Made by a program: the position numbers and the translations under genes
Shown: piece after piece, positions 7,133 through 15,748 of the stretch
How positions within the stretch are numbered: position 1 is the first letter of the stretch
Layout of the letters: every line of letters starts with the position of its first letter
The notes under the pieces: generated by a model
Told to the model about the DNA's origin: nothing
Seen by the model: only the letters and a program-made list of their open reading frames with translations
Database searches by the model: none
Origin: a virus
DNA length: 27,953 nt
Strand: one strand, 5' to 3'
IMG/VR virus record: IMGVR_UViG_3300035694_000088

Positions 7133-9798
7133 CACTTCACCTGCATCTCTGGGGGGCACAGCGTGGCCCTGGGCAGCGCGTACTTATTGGTCGCTCCCAG
7201 CACCACGCACGAGGTATAGGTCCGGGTCAGACCCACATAGAACTGACGAATGATGCTGTCGCGGGGCCGACCACCCAGACGCCACTCGGCGGCGGCGGCC
7301 GGGGACAAATCCGGGGACAGATAGACCACACCGGCGACAGCGGGCGCCCCGTCCTTACTTGCGTGACCCACCTGACCCCCCTTGACCGAGTTGTGCACTA
7401 CGACTCCGCCCGAGACGTAATAGTGATAGGGGAGCACTTCTAGGCTGTAGACGTCACCCTCGAAGAGCTCTTTCGATGCGACGCACTCCGCTGGGACGGG
7501 CTTACTCCCCGTCTTAAAGTCGTCACTAACGGTGGGGACTGCCATGTAGCCGCTAAGCACGTTGCGCGCTTCTGTAGTGAACCAGCCGCGCGGTCTATTG
7601 AACTTGACGTTTTCTCTGGAGTACAGAGGGCAGCTCTCCGAGTAGCCGTAATCGTCTAAAAGCATCCGAACGCGCGGGGCCACGAACGGAGCCGCCGAAG
7701 TGTGGATCTCGTGCAGGTCAGAGCTGGACAGTGACCGATCTTTACTCGACTCAAAGGTAAGTCCAGGGATGCCGTACTTCGCCTGGATTCGGGCCTCCAT
7801 GGAGAGCGCTTCTTGCCGGTCGGAGCACACGTGCAGCACCCACCCGCCGTCCGCCTTTTCTGTCGCGAGGCGCCCCCCTAGTCCTCCTGATCGGTAAGGA
7901 CGGTGCCCAGACACCGCGATACCGACTCGCCACCAGTCCCCACGACGCATTAAGTAGACAACCCACTTCTCCCAGAATGCTTCAGTAAAGGACACCCGCA
8001 CTCGATGTTCCGGCGTGACCCGAGTGTAACTCTTATCGGTCTTTATGGTAATAAGCTGACCGACATAGGGATTACGCGCTACAGCGAATGGATAGCCATT
8101 TTTCTTAATACCTTTCAGTGGGCCACTTCGGTCCGTGTTCCAGAATAGTGTATTCGTATTTTGATGATAACTGGCCAGCCGGTGACGCTGAGGGTCCAAT
8201 TGTCCAATTGGTACGTAACCGTCTGTGGTCAACACTGGCTCATCAGGGGGCGAGCAATGGATGGTCCCCACCGTGCACAGCGGCGGGTCGACCAGAGCGG
8301 CCGGACCGAACTCGCGGGCCACCTTCAGCGGGTAGATCAGGCGCTCTTTCAGCGACGGCAGGACCGCATCGGCGAACCACTCCAGGTCCGGCCCCAGCGC
8401 ACGGTCCAGCTCGTCGTCATCGAGGGTGAACAGGCCCTCGACCTGGGAGACCTCCAGGGTTCCCGACGGAAGATGCTTGATCACCGTGGTGGCGCCGCGA
8501 ACCATCCCGGCCGCTTTGACTGACAGCAGTTTCGACCACGCCCGCACATCGTCGCCGGTCCAGAGTCGGGCACGGCCACCGTCCTCGGTCCAACCACCCA
8601 GCGCCCGGTCGTCGGCCACCAGGTAGCGGTAGAGCCGTTCGGCGGAGGTCATGCCGTCGGCGGCGCGCAGCGGGTTCCACCGGTTTTCTTTCGGCCGGTA
8701 GCGGTTGGCGAAGGGCACGCCCAGTTCCTTGAGGTTGGTGATGACGGTGCGCAGCATGTATTCGCATGAGGCGAGCACCATCACCTCGCGCCCAGCGGTG
8801 ACGTCCTTGGCGATCTGCCGGGCGGTGGCCATGTCGTTGAGGGTGGCGTTGACGGTGTAGATCTGCCCGTCGACGTCGCGGGGGCGGTAGTCCTTCTCTC
8901 GTCGGATCGACGACATCTCGATCCAGGTTTGGGCGACGGAGTGCACGGCGGCGGGGATGCGCCACGACCGTGTCAGGGGGGTTTCGGTGACTTCCACGCC
9001 GAGCTGCGGGCCGCCGTCGATGCCGGTGCCCAACGCCAGGATGGGTTCACAGTTCCCACCCCGCCAGTTCATGATCGCTTGATCGTCGTCGAGGGCGAAG
9101 ATGGTGCGCGCAACACTGGGGTGCGCCCCCCAGGCGAGCACGAGCGCGATCTCCAGGGGGGTCATGTCCTGCGCTTCGTCAGCGATGAGGATCTTCGGTG
9201 TGCCGGGCGCAGCCTCCCCGTCCAGGGCGCGCTGTAGCGCCACTATGATCATGTCGGAAAAGTCGACAGCCTCCGCTTCGGTCTTCCAGGCATCCCACGC
9301 TGCGGCGAACTCGCGCACCGCAGCGGGCATCTCCGTCGCCGGGATGAGCTGGGAGCGGGCCAGGTCGTAGGCCGCCAGCAGGGCGTCACCCTCCCCGCCA
9401 CCCGAGGCGACCTCGGCGACCTCAGCATCGGGACGGCCTCGTCGGGAGTCGGAGGTTAGATACCACCCGGCCGGGGCGCGGGTATTCCAGTCGGCGAGGA
9501 TCTTCGGCTCCAGGGCGACGTCAAGGAAGTTGCCGACAGCCCGATAGGCCATGGAGTGCAGGGTGCCGACCTGCCCGTCGGGCAGGGGCAGGCCCATGGC
9601 GGCCAGTGAGCGGGCGGCTGTGACGGTGAAGCTGGTCGCCAGGATGGCGTCCGGCCCGTACTCACCGACATAGCTTTTGATCATCTCGGTCAGGCGGGTG
9701 GACTTCCCGGTACCGGGCGGCCCGTAGATCTTCTCGATGCGCCCACTGCCCAGCAGGTGGACAGTGGACGCCGTCAAACCATCGGGTAGGGCAGTCAC
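7132..9798 (-). CDS. UvrD/Rep-like SF1 DNA helicase B, intein-containing
   Basis: GPPGTGKST, SFT..AA, TLHS, DFSDMI, DEAQD, DDDQAI..WRG, LTRSWR, TIH/SVKG (motif V, split) and YVGLTR. Start GTG 9798 overlaps the upstream stop (GTGA). Confidence 0.9.
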   Translation of the reverse strand: MTALPDGLTASTVHLLGSGRIEKIYGPPGTGKSTRLTEMIKSYVGEYGPDAILATSFTVTAARSLAAMGLPLPDGQVGTLHSMAYRAVGNFLDVALEPKILADWNTRAPAGWYLTSDSRRGRPDAEVAEVASGGGEGDALLAAYDLARSQLIPATEMPAAVREFAAAWDAWKTEAEAVDFSDMIIVALQRALDGEAAPGTPKILIADEAQDMTPLEIALVLAWGAHPSVARTIFALDDDQAIMNWRGGNCEPILALGTGIDGGPQLGVEVTETPLTRSWRIPAAVHSVAQTWIEMSSIRREKDYRPRDVDGQIYTVNATLNDMATARQIAKDVTAGREVMVLASCEYMLRTVITNLKELGVPFANRYRPKENRWNPLRAADGMTSAERLYRYLVADDRALGGWTEDGGRARLWTGDDVRAWSKLLSVKAAGMVRGATTVIKHLPSGTLEVSQVEGLFTLDDDELDRALGPDLEWFADAVLPSLKERLIYPLKVAREFGPAALVDPPLCTVGTIHCSPPDEPVLTTDGYVPIGQLDPQRHRLASYHQNTNTLFWNTDRSGPLKGIKKNGYPFAVARNPYVGQLITIKTDKSYTRVTPEHRVRVSFTEAFWEKWVVYLMRRGDWWRVGIAVSGHRPYRSGGLGGRLATEKADGGWVLHVCSDRQEALSMEARIQAKYGIPGLTFESSKDRSLSSSDLHEIHTSAAPFVAPRVRMLLDDYGYSESCPLYSRENVKFNRPRGWFTTEARNVLSGYMAVPTVSDDFKTGSKPVPAECVASKELFEGDVYSLEVLPYHYYVSGGVVVHNSVKGGQVGHASKDGAPAVAGVVYLSPDLSPAAAAEWRLGGRPRDSIIRQFYVGLTRTYTSCVVLGATNKYALPRATLCPPEMQVK
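7390..8256 (-). mobile_element. Class 1 intein (289 aa) in helicase motif V with GIY-YIG-like core
   Basis: GTIH|CSPPDEPVLT...TPEHRV...VYSLEV..HYYVSGGVVVHN|SVKGG. The DNA is visibly more AT-rich than the exteins. Confidence 0.88.
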
Positions 9799-12146
9799 AG
9801 CGGCACGTCCCCCAGCGGGCCCGGATCGAGCACCAGCTTCGCGCGGGTGGTGCACACGTAGGCGAGCATCGCCGCCTCCCGCGTGAACGCTGGTTTCGGA
9901 TCATCCTCAGAGTCGGCGTCGCGTGGTGCGAAGTCGGCCCCGATCACGACCGAATCCCACTCCCGACCCTTGGACTTGTGCCCCGTGGAGATCGTCACGT
10001 CGGCGTCGCACTCTTTCGCGGTCAACCGGTCACCCAAAGACAGGATCTCCTCCGGCCCGTAGAGCTCCACCAGGGCCACCAGCACCCGGAACTGCTCCCC
10101 GTCGGGGTCATTGGCCACGAAGTGCAGGAACTCGTCCCACGTACGGAACGCGGCGAGATCCGGGTGGTTGGCGCGGCGCCCGGCCTTGAGGTTGATCGCC
10201 GCGCGGGCCAGGCGTAGTACTTCACCGATGCCGCCGCAGACGGCGACCCGGCGACCAGCCGCCAGCTCACGCAGCGCGGCGTCGACAACACCGATGTTGG
10301 TGCGGCACAGGACCGCGTCCGGCACGTCGAGGGTCTGGTCGGGCCCCAGCACGCGGGAGTCCAACGCGTCGTAGCCTTCGACGCGCATCTCGGCGTCGAG
10401 GAAGTCCAGCCACCGGTTGGCCTGCTCGGCGATGGCCGGGCCGAATCGGAACGACTTGGTCAGGCCGAGCCGCTGCCAGTCCCAGCGGGCCATGGCGTTG
10501 GCGGCACCGCGCCACCCGTAGATCTCCTGGCAATTGTGGGTGACTACGCCGTCCCCCACGTAGGTGTGATCGTTTTCGACCGTCATCGACCACACCAACC
10601 CCTGATAAGGCTCCCTGGTCGTCACTACCTCCGACCAGGTATTTCGGGAGACCCGCTTACCATCTGCGGCCATAGCGCCAGACAGAGGCAACATGCTCAT
10701 GCCATCTATCAGGTTGCAGGCACTTGTGACGATAGATCGACGAACCATCATCCTTTCCTGGCCGCGCGACCAGAGCGGGTGCTCGATCTCGCGCCCGTGC
10801 GCCTTCAGCGCCCGAGCTGCATTCTCCCGGTTGTCACCGATGATCGACCAGGCTGAGTCGAGTTGCGGCTGCGTCAGGGTGCTTCGGTTCCCTGCGTGGA
10901 AAATTATTTCGGGAACCCCATATTTCCAAGAGGTGATCGTCTCGGCATAGACAGCGTCCTCTTTAGTGTCGTGGACGCTGAGGATCCAGAGGGCATCGGC
11001 CTTCTCTGAGTCAGCCCGGATCATCGCACCCATGCGGTTGTCCTGAGATGTGTAGACCCCTTGAGTAGTACCCACCCGGTAGTCACCTCCACGCCGCATG
11101 AGGTAGACCACATGCTTACCCGCCAGCGCCTGCCCAATCCGCACTACGCAGTGGTGGTTTGGGGTGTATCGGGTAGTCTCTCCGGTCGCGGTCTTCACTG
11201 CGATGAGTTCGCCGTCGTACGGGCGAGGCGAAATCCCAAGAACTACCGATCCAGACCTCCGCAGGAAGGATTTACCAACGTTGTAGCTCACGACAACGTC
11301 GCCAGCCTTGATCTGTTCAATTGGAATCTGTGTGGTTTCGGTTGGGGCGTAGCCCCAGCGACCGCCTCGTGACTGTCCTGTCACGACGGTGACCATGGTC
11401 CCGGTTGGCTGGCAAGGGTCGCCGACGGCGATGAGCTGGGCGTGGGTTTGGCGCTCGAACACGTCGGCCATGGCGCGGTTGGCGTCCTGGGCCTCATCGA
11501 GAAAGATCACCTTGTATTTGGTCAGGCGTGGCTTGGAGAGCTGCCACAGTTTGAGGTAGATGTCGGGGTTGAACGTCAGCTTGCCGCGCACCGCCGACAG
11601 GTCGCCCCACACGCGATCGGCCAGCGCGAGAACCTCATCGGTGATCCGCTTGATCTGCTCGTCGGGCAACCCGGCCGGGCGCTGCACGTGGCGGCCGGTG
11701 ATGGTGAAGTCGGCGGAGGTGATGAACCTGCCGATGGTGCGGGCGACGAGCTCGGCAAGTTCCTTGCCCTCCAGGGACAGCGCGTTGCCGTCGTCGTCGA
11801 CACCGTAGGTGAACGGCCGGTAGAGGTTCAGGAACTGCTGGACGTCCTTGACGGGCAGGGCACCCATGCGGGCCTTGCGGACCCGGTCGCCGTAGCGGCC
11901 GACGGTACCGCCCCAGGCCAGTGAGTGGGCGGTGCGGCAGGAGACGTTCTTGGTGAACGTGCCCTCGGCGTCGAGCTGGATAGCCTTGTTGTAGGCGACA
12001 TAGAGCATGGGCACGGCGGGGCGGTCGGCGCCCAGCAGGCGCAGGGTGGAGGTCTTGCCCGATCCGGCGACGGCGATGACGACGAGGTTGGCGCCTGTGC
12101 GGGCGGCGTCGCAGATGGCGACCTGCTGGGTGGTGGGGTCGAACAT
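9795..12146 (-). CDS. UvrD-like SF1 DNA helicase A, intein-containing
   Basis: AVAGSGKTS, AYNKAI, TAHSLA, LDEAQD, VGDP/CQEIYGWRGA (motif III, split), LTKSFRF, LCRTN, STGHKSKGREW and YVCTTRAK. RBS GAGGAG. Confidence 0.9.
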   Translation of the reverse strand: MFDPTTQQVAICDAARTGANLVVIAVAGSGKTSTLRLLGADRPAVPMLYVAYNKAIQLDAEGTFTKNVSCRTAHSLAWGGTVGRYGDRVRKARMGALPVKDVQQFLNLYRPFTYGVDDDGNALSLEGKELAELVARTIGRFITSADFTITGRHVQRPAGLPDEQIKRITDEVLALADRVWGDLSAVRGKLTFNPDIYLKLWQLSKPRLTKYKVIFLDEAQDANRAMADVFERQTHAQLIAVGDPCQPTGTMVTVVTGQSRGGRWGYAPTETTQIPIEQIKAGDVVVSYNVGKSFLRRSGSVVLGISPRPYDGELIAVKTATGETTRYTPNHHCVVRIGQALAGKHVVYLMRRGGDYRVGTTQGVYTSQDNRMGAMIRADSEKADALWILSVHDTKEDAVYAETITSWKYGVPEIIFHAGNRSTLTQPQLDSAWSIIGDNRENAARALKAHGREIEHPLWSRGQERMMVRRSIVTSACNLIDGMSMLPLSGAMAADGKRVSRNTWSEVVTTREPYQGLVWSMTVENDHTYVGDGVVTHNCQEIYGWRGAANAMARWDWQRLGLTKSFRFGPAIAEQANRWLDFLDAEMRVEGYDALDSRVLGPDQTLDVPDAVLCRTNIGVVDAALRELAAGRRVAVCGGIGEVLRLARAAINLKAGRRANHPDLAAFRTWDEFLHFVANDPDGEQFRVLVALVELYGPEEILSLGDRLTAKECDADVTISTGHKSKGREWDSVVIGADFAPRDADSEDDPKPAFTREAAMLAYVCTTRAKLVLDPGPLGDVPL
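10533..11414 (-). mobile_element. Class 1 intein (294 aa) in helicase motif III with GIY-YIG-like core
   Basis: VGDP|CQPTGTMV...TPNHHC...VWSMTVENDHTYVGDGVVTHN|CQEIYGWRG. Confidence 0.88.
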
Positions 12147-12175
12147 GGTGTGGTCTCCTCGGTAGTGCTCGATTA

Positions 12176-12201
12176 CCGGAACAGGCGCAACCCTACCACA
12201 C
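12176..12201 (-). promoter_or_regulatory. Repeated phage promoter-like motif, copy B
   Basis: GTGTGG-TAGGGT-TGCGCCT-GTTCCGG upstream of the helicase A RBS and ATG. Confidence 0.75.
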
Positions 12202-12441
12202 GATCTGGCGGGCGTCGCGCGACCTCAGCGCATCCGCGAACTCCCGCCAGTCGCGCCGCTCATAAAACCCGTCCACCAGCACGAACCTGACCCTGTGCGC
12301 CACACCCCTCAGGTGGTACGGGTGGCCCGCAACGATCACCTGATCCGACCGCAGGCCACTCTCCCACCGCGCCCAATGCAACGCCGACCGGTAGTCGAAA
12401 CCGATCACCGCGATCCGCTCGCCGGGCGCCAGCTCGATCAC
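12193..12441 (-). CDS. Hypothetical protein
   Basis: GTGA overlap with the upstream gene. Its stop codon TAG forms part of the -10 hexamer of motif copy B. Confidence 0.65.
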   Translation of the reverse strand: MIELAPGERIAVIGFDYRSALHWARWESGLRSDQVIVAGHPYHLRGVAHRVRFVLVDGFYERRDWREFADALRSRDARQIVW

Positions 12442-12731
12442 GAGCGCGGCGCCGGGGCGAACTCGCAGTCGAAAGAGTGGTACCGGCCCGCATCAGCGTG
12501 CGACCGGCACCCCACCCCCTTATCGGTGCACGACCGGCAGATCAGCCACTGCACCGGATTGGGCCCGACCACCCACTCCGTCCACCCCCACACTGAGTTG
12601 AAATGCGCGCTCGGAGCGACCGAGCGCATCTCATGTCCCCCGAACGGCACCCCGCAGCCGGGGCACGGAGTCCAGAAGTAACCCCACTGCCACGCCCAGT
12701 ACCGGTGACACCACCGGGGCAGGCGGATCAC
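12438..12731 (-). CDS. Hypothetical Zn-finger-like protein
   Basis: CPGC and CRSC pairs. GTGA coupling. Confidence 0.6.
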   Translation of the reverse strand: MIRLPRWCHRYWAWQWGYFWTPCPGCGVPFGGHEMRSVAPSAHFNSVWGWTEWVVGPNPVQWLICRSCTDKGVGCRSHADAGRYHSFDCEFAPAPRS

Positions 12732-13009
12732 GTCCCGTCCTCGACGATCGGATGATCCGCCCCGGCCACCACGGGATCCCCACCGGCTGTCACAGGGTCA
12801 GCCGGTGAGTCCAGCTCCCCCACTGGAGTGGCGGGAGCAGTGGGAGCAGTGGGGGCGGTGTGGCCGTTGCGGGCGACGCATTCGGCGTAAAACATCTTCC
12901 AATCCGCATACAGCGCATCGAAGATCGGTGTCTCCGGAAAACCGTTCAGCGCGTGCGCCGGGGCGGTTCGGTCAAGTTCAGTCTCATCGGTCGATTCGGT
13001 TGCGGTCAT
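12728..13009 (-). CDS. Hypothetical protein
   Basis: RBS GAGGAG before the ATG. TPIFDAL core and TAP-repeat tail. Confidence 0.6.
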   Translation of the reverse strand: MTATESTDETELDRTAPAHALNGFPETPIFDALYADWKMFYAECVARNGHTAPTAPTAPATPVGELDSPADPVTAGGDPVVAGADHPIVEDGT

Positions 13010-13235
13010 CTGCTCTCCTCGATAGGTCCCCCGACCCGACGTTGGTCATCACTTTCCACAGCAGCGCCAGCAGCACACTGACGCGGCATTCCCGGCACCA
13101 ATCCGGGTGATAGGTGTTGCCTTCGGCGTCTTCCCAGGTGACGTGCTGGGTTTCCATGTTCTCCACGATCCGGTTCATCACCTCGATGTGGTGGTCGCGC
13201 TCGGCGAGCAACCGCCGCATCGCCAACTCATCCAC
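12984..13235 (-). CDS. Hypothetical protein
   Basis: Overlaps both neighbours in the operon. HPDWCREC motif. Confidence 0.55.
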   Translation of the reverse strand: MDELAMRRLLAERDHHIEVMNRIVENMETQHVTWEDAEGNTYHPDWCRECRVSVLLALLWKVMTNVGSGDLSRRADDRNRIDR

Positions 13236-13677
13236 GCCGAGCCGCCATTACCGCCGCCGCGACCAGCAGGCACCCGTGGTGTAAAGCCTGGTCGGCAAGG
13301 TACATGCCCAGCGGGAACGCGAACTTCGTCTGCCCCCGGTGCGCGGTGACCGTGAGATCAGCGAACCCCTGTGACCCGGTCGCGTCGAGCACCGCAGCGA
13401 CCGGCCAGCGGCGGTCGATGAACGCGTGCGTCCCCGCCGAGATCACCGCCCCGGCGAATAACCCCCACCGACTGCACCTGCACCCCGTGGCGGCCAGCAC
13501 AGCCCCCACAGCGACCGCTTGGGCAGCCTGGTAGGTGGCGACGTGACCGGCCATCGCCACCCAGTCCCGCGCCTTGCGATTCGCCTGATGATCGGTTTGC
13601 GCGATGTGATCACCCACGTTGTGGGCGACCAGCGCCGTCGGCAGAATCACCGCGAACGCCAGTGGGTCAACTCTCAT
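13228..13677 (-). CDS. DUF3307-like membrane protein
   Basis: H.VGDH..QT..QA..K, H...Y, THAFIDRRWPV and DQALH motifs with hydrophobic helices. Start ATG 13677. Confidence 0.78.
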   Translation of the reverse strand: MRVDPLAFAVILPTALVAHNVGDHIAQTDHQANRKARDWVAMAGHVATYQAAQAVAVGAVLAATGCRCSRWGLFAGAVISAGTHAFIDRRWPVAAVLDATGSQGFADLTVTAHRGQTKFAFPLGMYLADQALHHGCLLVAAAVMAARRG

Positions 13678-13912
13678 GTCGCATCTCCCAGGGTGGAAAA
13701 ACAAGATCACATACGGCTGCGGAGTCGCGCCGCACCATCACCGCGTCGCCCCGTGCGTCGATCTCCAGCACCATCCACCCGGTGTTGCCGACCAGGTAGG
13801 GCGCCCGCGACCGGGCCTGCTCACGGACATCGTCGTCGGGGAACGTCGCGGTCGTGTGGAACAGGCCCGAATAGCCGATCTGGGCGAACGCTTCCGGAAC
13901 CTCGACGCTCAC
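13667..13912 (-). CDS. Hypothetical protein
   Basis: GTGA coupling with the upstream gene. Confidence 0.6.
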   Translation of the reverse strand: MSVEVPEAFAQIGYSGLFHTTATFPDDDVREQARSRAPYLVGNTGWMVLEIDARGDAVMVRRDSAAVCDLVFPPWEMRHES

Positions 13913-14127
13913 CGCGCCCGCTCCCGGGCAATCGCGTTAGCTACAGCCTGGCCAATGTGTTCAGCGCCCTCTTCGCAAGAAAAGAAACTGGCCGGGAAGC
14001 CACCAGCGGCGCTGGTCACCGCCACCGTCCCGGACACCCCGTAGATCGCATAGGAATCCGGGTGATACTGAACCTGGCCGCACGCATCGCAGCGGGCCTC
14101 ATCGCATTCCACCGTCGAGATTCCCAT
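13909..14127 (-). CDS. Hypothetical protein (CDAC motif)
   Basis: TGATG coupling at 14127 (MGISTVEC). Confidence 0.6.
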   Translation of the reverse strand: MGISTVECDEARCDACGQVQYHPDSYAIYGVSGTVAVTSAAGGFPASFFSCEEGAEHIGQAVANAIARERAR

Positions 14128-14624
14128 CAGGCCACCCGCCGTCCCCAATGCTGGTAGTGGGGCGGCAATCCCAGGTCGCGCCGCACGTCGCCGATCTCCC
14201 AGCGAACCCGCTGCTCTTCGCGGATCGGGCCCATCACGAGCTGCCCAGCCAACCTCACCTCATGCGGCACCGGCATCAGCCCATCCCCGCGAAACGTCCG
14301 CCACTTGCGCCGGTGACCGAGAACCGCCATGCCCAGGGCCTTCGATCGGAACGTCCAATCCTCATCCCAATGTTCTTCCAACTCTTCTCCAATGGCCCCG
14401 TAGAGGAACCCGTTGCACACCTCCCGGAGCCACTCCGCTGCCATCTCGCAGTGCTGGCACAGCTTCATGACGTCCCACCGGCCGTCGGCCAGACCGGTCG
14501 CGTAGTGGTACCGCTCACCCCGGTTGATCGTCCGACGGCAGTCCATGCACTGGTGTTCCTTGCGGGCGGTGCGGTGACCGTCACGAAAGAAGTCCCACGG
14601 GTCGCAGTCCTGAATGCGGCACAT
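14127..14624 (-). CDS. Phage Zn-binding hypothetical protein
   Basis: TARKEHQCMDCRRTINRGERY...LCQHC. TGATG coupling. Confidence 0.7.
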   Translation of the reverse strand: MCRIQDCDPWDFFRDGHRTARKEHQCMDCRRTINRGERYHYATGLADGRWDVMKLCQHCEMAAEWLREVCNGFLYGAIGEELEEHWDEDWTFRSKALGMAVLGHRRKWRTFRGDGLMPVPHEVRLAGQLVMGPIREEQRVRWEIGDVRRDLGLPPHYQHWGRRVA

Positions 14625-15295
14625 CAGGCTGTCACCTCGAACAGGGTCATGCAGTGCCCCCGGACATCCTCACCCCGGACGTTTGCCTGGCACGCGGGGT
14701 TGCCGTGCAGAGTCACGCCCAACCGCTGGTGCCGCCACCCGACACCGACGATGGGCTGATCGCACCCAGCGCACACCGCCAGATCCGGCGCCTGCCGCCA
14801 ACCCCGAGCGAAGATCACCCTAGTTTTGTCGGCGACCGCCACATCGAGGTTCACCCCGCTCTGCCGGGCGAACAGGCGCACCGCCAGCACGATCCGCGCC
14901 AGCGCGACATCCACATCACCCCACGTGCCCGACCGGCGCGCATACCCCAGAGCGCGGCGCAGCGGACCGGCCAGTTTCGTGATGTAGAAGCTCGGCGGTT
15001 TGTGCGCCAGCAGCATCGTGCCGTCCGCGCCGATTCCGCGCGCCAACGCGGCCTCAAGATCGGTCTCAGGTAGGTAGTGCGCCAGTAGGTAGACGGTGAT
15101 CAGTGTGTCGGCCAGTTCCCCGCGCAGCTCGTGGAGGTCCCCGTAGAGCAGTGCGATATCGAGCTCGTCGCCCTCCTCGACCAGAGACAGGTACTGGCGG
15201 CCGGGCATCTCAGACGCTGGAGCGGGGAACGCCGTGCCCACTCCGTTGGCGATGTCGGCGGCCACCTTCGTCATGTTGATCAGTGCTGGTGTCAT
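14624..15295 (-). CDS. MazG-like nucleotide pyrophosphohydrolase
   Basis: LVEEGDEL...LRGELADTL motif, a second degenerate repeat ending GVNLD.AV..K...IF.RGWR, and a Cys-rich tail. Confidence 0.7.
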   Translation of the reverse strand: MTPALINMTKVAADIANGVGTAFPAPASEMPGRQYLSLVEEGDELDIALLYGDLHELRGELADTLITVYLLAHYLPETDLEAALARGIGADGTMLLAHKPPSFYITKLAGPLRRALGYARRSGTWGDVDVALARIVLAVRLFARQSGVNLDVAVADKTRVIFARGWRQAPDLAVCAGCDQPIVGVGWRHQRLGVTLHGNPACQANVRGEDVRGHCMTLFEVTA

Positions 15296-15465
15296 GTGGT
15301 TTCCCTTTCAGCTTTCGGTGGGCGTGGCGGTGGAGGCGGTGCCTGGGCTAGGAACGCCATGAATTGGCGGATGGCTGTCGCGTCGTGCTCGGACAGCGCG
15401 CCGGTCGTTACCGCAGCGGCGACGTCGGCCTCATTGCGGTAGATGCAACCGCGTCTAGGGGTCAC
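15292..15465 (-). CDS. Small hypothetical protein
   Basis: GTG 15465 follows GGAGG. ATGA overlap with the MazG-like gene. Confidence 0.55.
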   Translation of the reverse strand: MTPRRGCIYRNEADVAAAVTTGALSEHDATAIRQFMAFLAQAPPPPPRPPKAERETT

Positions 15466-15748
15466 TGATCGCCTCCACGTACGTCTGATATTCGGCCAGT
15501 TCGGCGGCAGTGGGATGCCCAGCGGGTGCGCACACCTGCGCGCACGCGCACAGCAGGTCCCGGTTGTACAAGTGGGTGTCGCGCCGGGACTGCTCCATGT
15601 GTTCGGTGGCGCTGGCGGCGCAGTCCTCACAGCAGTACTGACCGCACGGACCTGGCACACCACCCCGGATCTCGGCGTGCAGCCAACCACCGCACTCAAT
15701 GCACTCGTCGGGCAGGATGTGTTCCTGGGTGCAGGCGATGACCGTCAC
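15455..15748 (-). CDS. Cys-rich hypothetical protein
   Basis: GTGA-coupled start at 15748. Contains CIEC, YCCEDC and CACAQVC. Confidence 0.6.
   Translation of the reverse strand: MTVIACTQEHILPDECIECGGWLHAEIRGGVPGPCGQYCCEDCAASATEHMEQSRRDTHLYNRDLLCACAQVCAPAGHPTAAELAEYQTYVEAISDP

Noticed and set aside
12829-12862. Short GGGAGCAGT tandem repeat
   Set aside because: Explained by the TAPTAPTAP coding linker.
13894-13918. GTTCCGG on the minus strand as a sixth motif copy
   Set aside because: The hexamer at the -10 position is GGTGAG, not TANNNT, and the site lies within a gene start.
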